Translations under genes and position numbers: made by a program
Part shown: positions 40,784 through 49,648 of the stretch, one piece after another
Position numbering within the stretch: the stretch's first letter is position 1
How the letters are laid out: the number at the start of each line of letters is the position of its first letter
Assembly (NCBI GenBank): GCA_900759015.1
Contig: CAAEUE010000014.1
Location: forward strand, 22,904-86,903
DNA from: Clostridia bacterium
GTDB lineage: Bacteria > Bacillota > Clostridia > TANB77 > CAG-508
Reading direction: 5' to 3'
DNA length: 64,000 nucleotides
The notes under the pieces: generated by a model
What the model saw: the letters and a program-made list of their open reading frames with translations, nothing else
Told to the model about the DNA's origin: nothing
The model's database searches: none

Positions 40784-42235
40784 ATGGACTTATTTGATAA
40801 TGAAGAATTATTTAAAGAAGAAAAAAAGAAAGTAAAGAAAAAAGGTATAATAATTATTTCATGTATAGTTGTAGTAATTATATTAATAATAGGAATAGTT
40901 ATGGCAATGATGTATTTTCAAAGTTTAAAATGGGGAATTACAGCCAATGGAGTAAATGTACCATTAAAGGATACTACAATTATAACAGATGAGCAAACAG
41001 GTAAAATATTTGTATCTATTGCAGATGTTGCACCATATATAACAGGATATACATATCTACATGGAGAATATGGAGAAAACACAGAAGATAACAATTCAGG
41101 AGTAGTTCAATGTGCAGACGAAGCAGTAGAATTTCATGCAAATGAAAATAAAATTAGTAAAATCTTATTAAAAGAAGATACAAATGATAATGAATATGGT
41201 TATATGTATTTATCAGAAAAAATTAAATATGCTAATAGTCAATTATATGCATATGTAGAAGACTTAAATCCAATACTTAATGCTAAAGTTACATATAATG
41301 CAGAAACAAATAAAATAACATTATTTGGAACAGAATTTTTATATGAACAATATCAAACTGGAATAGCAAGTTTAGGATATAATTCTTTAGATAATAATTT
41401 TGTAAACAAAAAAGCCTTAGCTTCAGATATGATAGTTGCTAAAAACGAAAATGGACTAGTTGGAATAATAACACCAGAAGGAAAAGAAATTGCAGGACCT
41501 CGTTATACTAACGTACAATGGTTAGAAACTACAGAAGAATTTTTAGTAGAAAATAACGACAAATATGGTATTATAAGTGAGTTAGGTCAAAGTAAAATTT
41601 CAATGAATTATGATTCTATAAAATTATTAGACAAAGATAGTGGTTTATATATTGTAAAAAGCAATGATAAATATGGAGTTATTAATAAGAGTGAAAGACA
41701 AATACTATATGCTGAATTTGATGAAATTGGAGTAGATAAAAATCAATATCCAAGTTTAAGAGATGAGAATCAATATCTATTTTTCGATTCAATAATACCT
41801 GTAGAAAGAGATGAAAAGTGGGGATTATATAACATAAATGGTGAGGTCATATTACCAGTAGAATATGATAGTATTGGTTGTGTTGTATCTTCACAACAAA
41901 CAAAATCATCAAACAACGCAATATTACTTGATGACTATGAAGGAATCATCGTTGGAAAAAGAAAAAGTGAAAATGACAATAATAAAAAATATGCAGTGTA
42001 TAATCCATTAGGAGAACAATTAGTAGGATTTTTATTAGATAATATATTCTATAGAACAGAAAATGGAGAAGATATTTATTATTTGGAAATGGATGGTCAA
42101 CAAGGAAATCTAGATGAAGTATTTAAAGCAAATGGTATAAAAAAGGTAAATACTGGTGTTGATGATTCAAACTTAACAAATAATATGAATATTAATAATG
42201 GAACATCAGATGCAAATGCAATAGTAAGAAATTAA
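40784..42235 (+). CDS. membrane-anchored WG/KWG-repeat protein (483 aa)
   Basis: N-terminal TM helix. Multiple KYGVINK / KWGLYNINGEVILPVEYDSIG type WG repeats. Confidence 0.55.
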   Translation: MDLFDNEELFKEEKKKVKKKGIIIISCIVVVIILIIGIVMAMMYFQSLKWGITANGVNVPLKDTTIITDEQTGKIFVSIADVAPYITGYTYLHGEYGENTEDNNSGVVQCADEAVEFHANENKISKILLKEDTNDNEYGYMYLSEKIKYANSQLYAYVEDLNPILNAKVTYNAETNKITLFGTEFLYEQYQTGIASLGYNSLDNNFVNKKALASDMIVAKNENGLVGIITPEGKEIAGPRYTNVQWLETTEEFLVENNDKYGIISELGQSKISMNYDSIKLLDKDSGLYIVKSNDKYGVINKSERQILYAEFDEIGVDKNQYPSLRDENQYLFFDSIIPVERDEKWGLYNINGEVILPVEYDSIGCVVSSQQTKSSNNAILLDDYEGIIVGKRKSENDNNKKYAVYNPLGEQLVGFLLDNIFYRTENGEDIYYLEMDGQQGNLDEVFKANGIKKVNTGVDDSNLTNNMNINNGTSDANAIVRN

Positions 42236-42285
42236 TGAATAATTATTAGCCTTCCTAAATAGAATTTATTAGGGAGGCTAAAATT

Positions 42286-42675
42286 ATGGAAGAGGGAATA
42301 ATAAGAAAAAATGGTGTTGCTATATTAAAAGGAGAAATTATAGCTTTTATAATAAATATTTTGGGTTTAATAATATTATCATTATTAATGACATACTCTA
42401 ATATATCAGATACAAAAATACCAACATTAGTAATAGCAGTAAATACTATTGCAATTTTAATAGGAAGTTCAATTTCGACTATTAAACTAGAAAAAAAGGG
42501 AATAGTAAATGGATTAATTATTGGATGCTTATATATCGCAATTTATTTATTAATTTCATTAATATTTGCTGGAAGTGTTAATTTTTCCGTTAAAACTATT
42601 TTAATAATTATATTAGGAATTATTGCAGGAGGAATAGGTGGAATAATAGGAGTTAATTTAAATAGAAAAAAATAA
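42286..42675 (+). CDS. small 4-TM membrane protein (TIGR04086/YrzE-like)
   Basis: Gly-rich TM helices (IAGGIGGIIGVNL). Confidence 0.45.
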   Translation: MEEGIIRKNGVAILKGEIIAFIINILGLIILSLLMTYSNISDTKIPTLVIAVNTIAILIGSSISTIKLEKKGIVNGLIIGCLYIAIYLLISLIFAGSVNFSVKTILIIILGIIAGGIGGIIGVNLNRKK

Positions 42676-42796
42676 TATATGCAATTTGAAATTTATAAAA
42701 TTCAACTATTTAGGAAAAAATAGTTGAATTTTTTTATGTTTTAATATAGAATTTAACAAGACTATATTCAATGTTTTTAACTAAGGAGGAGAAAAA

Positions 42797-44365
42797 GTGA
42801 ACAAAGAGGAAAAACTAAAAAAAGAGCAAAAAGCTAGGGAAACGAACAAATTAAGAGGATTAAGAATAACATTAATAGTATTTATTATAATTTTGTTATC
42901 TTTAATATCTTTTGTAGGCATATATGTAAAAGATAAAAATGAAATGTCAGATATTATTCCAGACTTCATATTAGGTTCAGATATAGAAGGAAATAGAATA
43001 ATTCAATTAAGTGTTGAAAAAGATGATACAATAACATTAACAGATTCAACGGGAAATAAAATTGCATCAGGAACACAAGAAGAACTTTCAAGCCAAGGCT
43101 ATACAGAAGATGTTATTACACAAAATAATTATACAAAAACAACAGAGGAAACAAATAAAGAAGAAGTATTAACAACAGAAAATTATGAAAAATCAAAACA
43201 AATATTAATAAATAGATTAAAAACATCTGGAGTTACAGATTATAAAGTAAGACAAGATAAAGACAATGGAAATATAGTTGTAGAATTAAAAGAAAACACT
43301 TCAACAGATGATATAATATCAACATTATCAGAAGTTGGAAAATTTGAATTAAAAGATTCAGAAACAGAAGAAATTTTATTAAATAATGATGATGTAAAAG
43401 ATGCTAAAGTTTTATACAATAACACACAATCAGGTGTTAATGTGTATTTGGAAATAGTTTTTAATAAAAAAGGAAAAGAAAAATTACAGGAAATATCAAA
43501 AACATATAACAGCAATGCAGAAGCAGATGATACAACAAATACTGTAGCGAATAATACTGTTACTAATGAAATTACAGAAGCAGATCTAAATACTGCAGAA
43601 ACAGTAAATGAAGCTACAAATACAACAACTAACGAAACAACAGATAAAGAATCAACATCAAAGAAAATAGATATGGTTATTGATGGAACTAAAATTTCAC
43701 AAGGTCAACAATTTTCAGAAGAAAATGCTACAGGAACATTAGACTTATTAATTGGAAGTGGAAGTGCTTTATCTACAGATGATGAAAATAATAATTTAGA
43801 TAAATATATAACACAAGCACAATCAATGGCTTCATTAATTAAAAATGGTGTAATGCCAATTACATATTCATTAGAAAGCAATAAATATATAGAATCTCCA
43901 ATAACAATTGATTTATTAAAAAATGTAATCATAGTATTAGGAGCTATAACAGTAGTATTATTTATCTTCTTAATAATTAAATTTAGAGTAAATGGAATAC
44001 TTGCAACAATTTCTAATATTGGATTTATTGCAGTTATATTATTAATTTTAAGATTAACAAATGTAGAAGTAGGAATTGGTGGAATTATAGGTTTAGCATT
44101 AATACAATTATTGAATTTTATATTACTTTATATGTTGTTAAAAGCTGTAAAAGGTAAAAAAGATAATGATAAAGTTATGAAAAATGTAATAGTAAAATTC
44201 TGTATGATGTCTGTACCAGCATATATAATTGCTATCGTATTTGCATTTAATTCATTTATTCCAATATATAGTTTTGGAATGGTTGTTTTCTGGGGAATTA
44301 CAGCATCAGTTATATATAATTTACTTGTAACTAAAAATTTAATTATAAAAGCAGAAGAAAAATAA
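42797..44365 (+). CDS. SecD-like membrane protein (divergent; periplasmic domain plus C-terminal TM bundle)
   Basis: GTG start after AAGGAGGAG. N-terminal TM helix and a large extracytoplasmic domain with an INRLKTSGVTDYKVRQ...IVVEL pattern like the SecD P1 head. Four C-terminal TMs. Confidence 0.4.
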   Translation: MNKEEKLKKEQKARETNKLRGLRITLIVFIIILLSLISFVGIYVKDKNEMSDIIPDFILGSDIEGNRIIQLSVEKDDTITLTDSTGNKIASGTQEELSSQGYTEDVITQNNYTKTTEETNKEEVLTTENYEKSKQILINRLKTSGVTDYKVRQDKDNGNIVVELKENTSTDDIISTLSEVGKFELKDSETEEILLNNDDVKDAKVLYNNTQSGVNVYLEIVFNKKGKEKLQEISKTYNSNAEADDTTNTVANNTVTNEITEADLNTAETVNEATNTTTNETTDKESTSKKIDMVIDGTKISQGQQFSEENATGTLDLLIGSGSALSTDDENNNLDKYITQAQSMASLIKNGVMPITYSLESNKYIESPITIDLLKNVIIVLGAITVVLFIFLIIKFRVNGILATISNIGFIAVILLILRLTNVEVGIGGIIGLALIQLLNFILLYMLLKAVKGKKDNDKVMKNVIVKFCMMSVPAYIIAIVFAFNSFIPIYSFGMVVFWGITASVIYNLLVTKNLIIKAEEK

Positions 44366-44382
44366 TATGAGAGGGTGAAAAG

Positions 44383-45069
44383 ATGGAACGCAAAAAAACT
44401 AGTATGAAATTTAAGATACTATATATTTTAATAGCAATTATAATAATTGCAGGTATAGTTGTTGGATGTACAGCAAAGTTTAAATTTAGTTTAGCATATG
44501 ATGATTCTAATAGAATCGAAGTTTATATTGGTAAAGATTATACAAAATCTGATGTAGAATCTATTGCTAAAGAAGTATTTGGAACAAATGATGTCTTAAT
44601 ACAGAAAATAGAATTTTTTAATGATTCAGTTGCTATTACAGTAAGAGAAAGTAATGACGAACAACTAAATAATTTAGTAACAAAAATGAATGAAAAATAT
44701 GAGACATCCTTAACAAAAGATGATTTAACTGTAGTAGAAATCCCTCATTATAGAGGAAGAGACTTGATGGCAAATTATGTATGGCCTATAGCAATTTCAG
44801 CGATACTAATTATTTTATATGAACTAATAAGATTTAGAAAAATAGGAGTATTAAAAGTTGTAGTAAAATTAATAATTTGGCCAATAGTAATAGAAGCATT
44901 ATATTTAAGTGTTTTAGCAATAGCAAGAATACCTATTAGTTATTACACATTACCATTAGGAATTATATTAGCAGTATTAACATTAACAGTTATCACATAT
45001 AAAAATGAAAAGAGATTGGTAGAATATAATAGAAAGAAAAATAAGGGTATTGAAGAAGAAAAAAATTAA
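44383..45069 (+). CDS. SecF-like membrane protein (short)
   Basis: N-terminal TM helix, a small periplasmic domain, then RFRK...TM helices reminiscent of SecF. Confidence 0.4.
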   Translation: MERKKTSMKFKILYILIAIIIIAGIVVGCTAKFKFSLAYDDSNRIEVYIGKDYTKSDVESIAKEVFGTNDVLIQKIEFFNDSVAITVRESNDEQLNNLVTKMNEKYETSLTKDDLTVVEIPHYRGRDLMANYVWPIAISAILIILYELIRFRKIGVLKVVVKLIIWPIVIEALYLSVLAIARIPISYYTLPLGIILAVLTLTVITYKNEKRLVEYNRKKNKGIEEEKN

Positions 45070-45078
45070 AAAATATAA

Positions 45079-45110
45079 CCGGGATTTTGGGGACGTTCCT
45101 TAAATCCCGA
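45079..45110. repeat. GGGACG-loop palindromic repeat
   Basis: ccgggattttggggacgttccttaaatcccg. Confidence 0.75.
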
Positions 45111-45124
45111 TTTTTATTATATCG

Positions 45125-45165
45125 GAAAAATCGACAGATTTTTCCTGAGTAACAAGATTAAGTTA
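45125..45165. repeat. second repeat type: GAAAAATCGA-N-ATTTTTC palindrome plus ACAAGATTAAG
   Basis: gaaaaatcgacagatttttcctgagtaacaagattaagtta. A close copy lies at 63164-63203. Confidence 0.6.
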
Positions 45166-45233
45166 CTTTATTCAGTGCGCTTGCGAAGCAATCTGCACAT
45201 TTGGCGAAGACACTTTTCTTATTAGATATAAGT

Positions 45234-45276
45234 TGCAAAAAGATACAGGATAAAATATGTTATCCTGTATCTTTTT
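45234..45276. terminator. bidirectional terminator downstream of tyrS
   Basis: gatacaggata...atcctgtatc stem flanked by A-run and T-run. Confidence 0.75.
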
Positions 45277-45277
45277 A

Positions 45278-46489
45278 CTATTTTTGTAATTTGTAATAAG
45301 ATTTCTTTCCTTTTTTTAGAATTGCAAATCCTTCTTTAAAATCTGCATCTGAAAGTACATAGTTTGTATCAGCTATTTTTGTATCATTTAAAGATATACC
45401 ACCTTGTGTAATTAATTGACGTGCTTGACCTTTTGATGGTGCAAATCCAACTTGAATTATTGCATCTAATATAGAAATATTTTCTGCAACTGTAGCAGTT
45501 GGCATATTATCTAAACTACCTTGTCCTTCGAACAATGCATTAGATGCTTCTTCAGCTTTTTTAGCTTCTTCTTCACCATGAATTAATTTGGTTATTTCAT
45601 ATGCAGCTACTTTTTTAGCTTCATTTATTTTTTCATCTTTTAAATTAGAAAGTTCTTCAACTTTTTCCATAGGTAAGAAAGTAAGTAAACTTAAAACAGT
45701 TTTTACATCGGCATCATCAATGTTTCTCCAATATTGATAAAAATCATATGGTGATGTTTTAGTAGCATCTAACCATAATGCACCTTTTTCTGTTTTTCCC
45801 ATTTTTTTACCTTCTTTTGTTGTAAGAAGTTTAAATGTAAGACCATATGAATCAGAATGACCAATTCTTCTTATTAAGTCAACACCACCTAGAATGTTTG
45901 ACCATTGGTCGTTTCCACCCATTTGTAATTTACACCCATATTTATCATGTAAATATAAAAAGTCATATGATTGCATTAACATATAGCTAAGTTCGAAGAA
46001 GGTTAAACCTCTTTCCATTCTTTGTTTATAACATTCTGCAGCAAGCATTTTATTAACAGAAAATAATGAACCGATTTCTCTTGCAAAGTTAATAAATTTT
46101 AAATCTAGTAACCAATCTGCATTGTTTACTATTATTGCAGCATTTTCACCTTCGAAAGATAAAAATTTAGCAATTTGCTTTTTAAAACATTCAACATTAT
46201 GATCTATTTCTTCTCTAGACATCATTCTTCTCATATCTGTTTTACCAGAAGGGTCACCTATTGTAGCTGTACCACCACCAATTAAAATAATTGGTCTATG
46301 TCCTGCTTTTTGCATATGTGATGCAACCATTAAAGAAATAAAATGTCCTACATGTAAACTATCTGCAGTTGGATCAAATCCTATATAAAATGATATTGAT
46401 TCATTATCTAATAAATTTTTAATTTCTTCTGGATGTGTTAATTGTTCTGTATAACCTCTTTGTGTTAATTCCTCAAAAATATTAGACAT
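45278..46489 (-). CDS. tyrS: tyrosyl-tRNA synthetase
   Basis: HVGH (HIGH) motif, KMGKT (KMSKS variant) and a C-terminal S4 domain. Confidence 0.95.
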   Translation of the reverse strand: MSNIFEELTQRGYTEQLTHPEEIKNLLDNESISFYIGFDPTADSLHVGHFISLMVASHMQKAGHRPIILIGGGTATIGDPSGKTDMRRMMSREEIDHNVECFKKQIAKFLSFEGENAAIIVNNADWLLDLKFINFAREIGSLFSVNKMLAAECYKQRMERGLTFFELSYMLMQSYDFLYLHDKYGCKLQMGGNDQWSNILGGVDLIRRIGHSDSYGLTFKLLTTKEGKKMGKTEKGALWLDATKTSPYDFYQYWRNIDDADVKTVLSLLTFLPMEKVEELSNLKDEKINEAKKVAAYEITKLIHGEEEAKKAEEASNALFEGQGSLDNMPTATVAENISILDAIIQVGFAPSKGQARQLITQGGISLNDTKIADTNYVLSDADFKEGFAILKKGKKSYYKLQK

Positions 46490-46501
46490 AAAACGTCCTC
46501 C

Positions 46502-46771
46502 TTATAAATTAATATCTATATTATTTTTTTCTTTTTTTACAGCTTTAATAAAGTCTTTATTATTCATAAATCTATTTATATTTGATTCAGCAATTCCAGT
46601 ACCTTTACTTATATCTGCAACTGAAGCATCTTCTATTTGATTAGTTAAAAAAGTTTTTAATTTTGACATTTCAAAATTATCTTTTGGTGCGCAATTTGGG
46701 CAAATATCATCTACTGATGAAAAAAAGCATCCACAACGTAAACATTTCTTAAAATTCATAATTAAGTTCAT
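46502..46771 (-). CDS. small zinc-ribbon plus HTH protein (YvyF/TIGR03826-like), co-transcribed with tyrS
   Basis: CLRCG...CPNC ribbon followed by an HTH-like ISKGTGIAESNINRF. A 12-nt gap to tyrS. Confidence 0.5.
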   Translation of the reverse strand: MNLIMNFKKCLRCGCFFSSVDDICPNCAPKDNFEMSKLKTFLTNQIEDASVADISKGTGIAESNINRFMNNKDFIKAVKKEKNNIDINL

Positions 46772-46887
46772 TCCTTTCTAGTTTGATTATAAATTAAATA
46801 AATTTTCTAGCAGTATTCTATCATAAAATACTACAAAAAAAAACTAAATATTACAAAAAAACATATATAAATTTATTAAAAAAAGTG

Positions 46888-46929
46888 TTGACAATTATTT
46901 GTTGTTATGCCATAATGATAATGGTTATC
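46888..46929 (+). promoter_or_regulatory. promoter of the Fur-family gene with an overlapping Fur/PerR box
   Basis: TTGACA, 17-nt spacer, TGcCATAAT. CATAATGATAATGGTTATC matches 16/19 of the classical GATAATGATAATCATTATC box and overlaps the -10. Confidence 0.6.
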
Positions 46930-46944
46930 ACTTAAGGAGATGTT

Positions 46945-47349
46945 ATGGAAAGATATAGTAAGCAAAGAGAGTTAATATTAAACGTTTTAAAAGAAAGAAA
47001 CGACCATCCAACTGCAGAAATGCTATATAATGATATAATAAAAATTATGCCAACTATAGGAATTGCAACAGTATATAGAAATTTAGCAGCATTATATGAA
47101 AGTGGTCAGATATTAAAAATAGAAACTAAACAAGGGGAATCGGATAGGTTTGATGGAAATCTTATGCCTCATCTTCATTTTCAATGTTTAGAATGCAACG
47201 AAATACAAGATATCTTTTTAGACGAATGTGATAATGAAAAACTTAATGAAAAACTTAAAGAATTTGCGAATATTATCAATGCAGAAGTAACAAGTTCCAA
47301 AATTCTTTTAAAAGGAAAATGTGAAAAATGCATAAATAAGGAAAGATAA
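46945..47349 (+). CDS. perR: Fur-family transcriptional regulator, likely PerR
   Basis: Fur fold with HLHFQCLECNE and C-terminal CEKC Zn sites. Adjacent to a rubrerythrin and autoregulatory box. Confidence 0.8.
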   Translation: MERYSKQRELILNVLKERNDHPTAEMLYNDIIKIMPTIGIATVYRNLAALYESGQILKIETKQGESDRFDGNLMPHLHFQCLECNEIQDIFLDECDNEKLNEKLKEFANIINAEVTSSKILLKGKCEKCINKER

Positions 47350-47458
47350 AAATCCATATATGCAAATCTCACAGGTTTAGGTAACCTAACGTGGTTGTTT
47401 CAGAAAAATCTAACGATTTTTCTCACAAATAAAATTTTATATTATAGGAGGAATAAAA

Positions 47459-48010
47459 ATGAAAGCTTATGTATGTAAAGTATGTGGATATGTACACATT
47501 GGAGACGAAGCTCCAGAAAAATGCCCACAATGTGGAGCTAGCAAAGACAAATTTGAATTAAAAGATATGAGTGGAGATAAAGACTATGCAGATGAGCACA
47601 AAATCGGTGTGGCTCAAGGTTTAGACGAAGAAGTTGTTAAAGGATTAAAAGATAACTTTATGGGAGAATGTACAGAAGTAGGTATGTACATTGCTATGAG
47701 TCGTCAAGCTGATAGAGATGGATACCCAGAAATAGCAGAAGCATTTAAAAGATATGCTTTAGAAGAAGCTGAACATGCTGCTAAATTTGCAGAATTATTA
47801 GGAGAAGTTGTTTATGCAGATACTAAGAAAAATTTAGAATTAAGAGCAGCTGCAGAACAAGGTGCTTGCATGGGTAAAAAAGAATTAGCTACAAGAGCTA
47901 AAGAATTAGGATATGATGCTATACATGATACAGTTCATGAAATGGCTAAAGATGAAGCTCGTCATGGAAGAGGATTTGACGGATTATTAAAAAGATATTT
48001 TTCAAAATAA
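47459..48010 (+). CDS. rbr: reverse rubrerythrin (N-terminal rubredoxin domain, C-terminal ferritin-like diiron domain)
   Basis: CKVCGY...CPQCG rubredoxin motifs at the N-terminus followed by ExxH diiron helices ([16 protein letters not shown]). Confidence 0.85.
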   Translation: MKAYVCKVCGYVHIGDEAPEKCPQCGASKDKFELKDMSGDKDYADEHKIGVAQGLDEEVVKGLKDNFMGECTEVGMYIAMSRQADRDGYPEIAEAFKRYALEEAEHAAKFAELLGEVVYADTKKNLELRAAAEQGACMGKKELATRAKELGYDAIHDTVHEMAKDEARHGRGFDGLLKRYFSK

Positions 48011-48036
48011 TATTTGTTAATAATTAGTATGATAAA

Positions 48037-48085
48037 ACGAATATAGGATGTTAGTATTACACATCTTATATTCGCTTTTTATTAT
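48037..48085 (+). terminator. rho-independent terminator of rbr
   Basis: cgaatataggatg...catcttatattcg stem with T-run. Confidence 0.75.
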
Positions 48086-48246
48086 ATAGGAAAATTGAAG
48101 ATTTTCGCGTATATAACAAGCTTAAGTTACCTATATTTGTGAGATTGGACATCATCTGCACGTATAGGGATACGGTTTTTCTTATTTACAAATAAAAAGT
48201 AGTTATGGTATAATTAAATGGACTTAAAATTTAAGAAGGTGTGTTT

Positions 48247-48621
48247 ATGGCAGTATTATTATTTATAATATATATGCTAGTACTAATAATCTTTGGTTTG
48301 GTCGTATTTGCTGTTATGCAAATAAAGATGGCAGGTTTAACTGTAAAAGATTTCTGGTCATTTATAGAGGCAAACCAAGAATTAGATAAATTAGACAAAA
48401 TTGCAAAAAAATATGAAAAAATGACTACTCCTCAACAAATAATGTTCTTAAAAGAAGCTGAAAAGATATTTAGTGCTTTTGATAAAGTACCGGCCTCTAT
48501 CTGGGAAGAAGAAACAAATAAATATCAAAATGTTTTAGAAGCATATAAAGATATAAAAGTTATGAGATGGATAGAGAATGATAAGAGTAATGTAAAAGAA
48601 GAAGTTACAGATACAAAATAA
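48247..48621 (+). CDS. hypothetical small membrane protein
   Basis: RBS AAGAAGGTG. N-terminal TM helix. Confidence 0.5.
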   Translation: MAVLLFIIYMLVLIIFGLVVFAVMQIKMAGLTVKDFWSFIEANQELDKLDKIAKKYEKMTTPQQIMFLKEAEKIFSAFDKVPASIWEEETNKYQNVLEAYKDIKVMRWIENDKSNVKEEVTDTK

Positions 48622-48705
48622 AAAATTAAAAAAAAATGAAAAATTGTATTGACAAATTATATATAAAGGTATTATAATAAGCATTGTCAGTTGCAAGACA
48701 TTCAT

Positions 48706-48794
48706 GCAGATGTGGCGGAACTGGCAGACGCACAGGACTTAAAATCCTGCGAGGGTTAAACCTCGTGCCGGTTCGATTCCGGCCATCTGCACCA
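48706..48794 (+). tRNA. tRNA-Leu (anticodon UAA), type II with long variable arm, CCA encoded
   Basis: Acceptor gcagatg/catctgc, anticodon stem cagga/tcctg with loop cuUAAaa, variable hairpin cgagggttaaacctcg and T-arm ccggttcgattccgg. 89 nt. Confidence 0.9.
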
Positions 48795-48845
48795 AAAAAG
48801 TAATACCAAGAAGTTAAACACTTCTTTTGGTATTACTTTTTTTTT
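48795..48845 (+). terminator. terminator after tRNA-Leu
   Basis: aagtaataccaagaagtt...aacttcttggtattactt then a T9 run. Confidence 0.75.
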
Positions 48846-48876
48846 ATAATTAATATATAAAGGAGAGTGACTTCTT

Positions 48877-49149
48877 ATGATGTATCCATATGTCAAATAT
48901 TCCGATGGTACCGAAGTTACATTTTCAAGTATATATATCGATAATGACAAAGAATGTATTGATGTACATTTCGAAAGACCTACAAAAAATGGCTTTGATT
49001 CTGTTAGAATAAAATTGCCTACTTATGAAGTAACAGTTTGGGAAGGTAAATATAATGCAGAAGAAATAGAATTTTTTAAGCAAGTTGCAAAGAATAATTC
49101 GGATTTGTTTTATAAGTATGCAAAAGAGGGAGGTTTTAAATTTGCCTAG
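48877..49149 (+). CDS. hypothetical protein (90 aa)
   Basis: RBS AAGGAGAG. No motif recognised. Confidence 0.45.
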   Translation: MMYPYVKYSDGTEVTFSSIYIDNDKECIDVHFERPTKNGFDSVRIKLPTYEVTVWEGKYNAEEIEFFKQVAKNNSDLFYKYAKEGGFKFA

Positions 49150-49408
49150 TATTTTTGAAGTCTTCGGATAAAAAATATATTTTGGGTCAAATGAAAATAA
49201 TGAACCTATTCATGTTCATATTTCAAAAGGAAGTCCAACTCAAAATTCTACTAAAGTTTGGTTAACCCAAACAGGTGGATGCATATTAGCTAATAATAAA
49301 AGTAAAATTCCAGATAGTGATTTAAATAAATTATTAAGTATAATTTCTAGACATTACTTTTTAATTATTTCAAAGTGGAAAGAATTTTATAAAATTAATG
49401 ATATATAA
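49142..49408 (+). pseudogene. DUF4160-family gene with an in-frame TAA at codon 10
   Basis: TTG-start MPSIFEVFG*KIYFGSNENNEPIHVHISKG... matches the DUF4160 N-terminal pattern (..YFYSNE.NEPPHIHV..). There is no ATG downstream of the stop in frame. Confidence 0.55.
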
Positions 49409-49648
49409 GGATATTAAATTTTATTGCTAAAATGATTATAAACCTACCATTAAAAGGTAGTTTTTTTTGTGTGTCAAAATCAGGAGGAAAAGACAGACTC
49501 GCTTATTGGATAGTCTTAAAAGTGAAGTTCACTAAACAATAGAGAAAATATTGAAAAAGTAGATAATTAAAAATATATATGATAATATTTTAGTATAGAA
49601 TATTAATAAAAAGAAATTGATCAAACGATGATTGATAATGGAGAAAGT

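Noticed and set aside
46772-46944. T-box leader upstream of the tyrS operon
   Set aside because: No GGUGGNACCGCG core or AG-box was found on the minus strand. The region is occupied by the divergent perR promoter.
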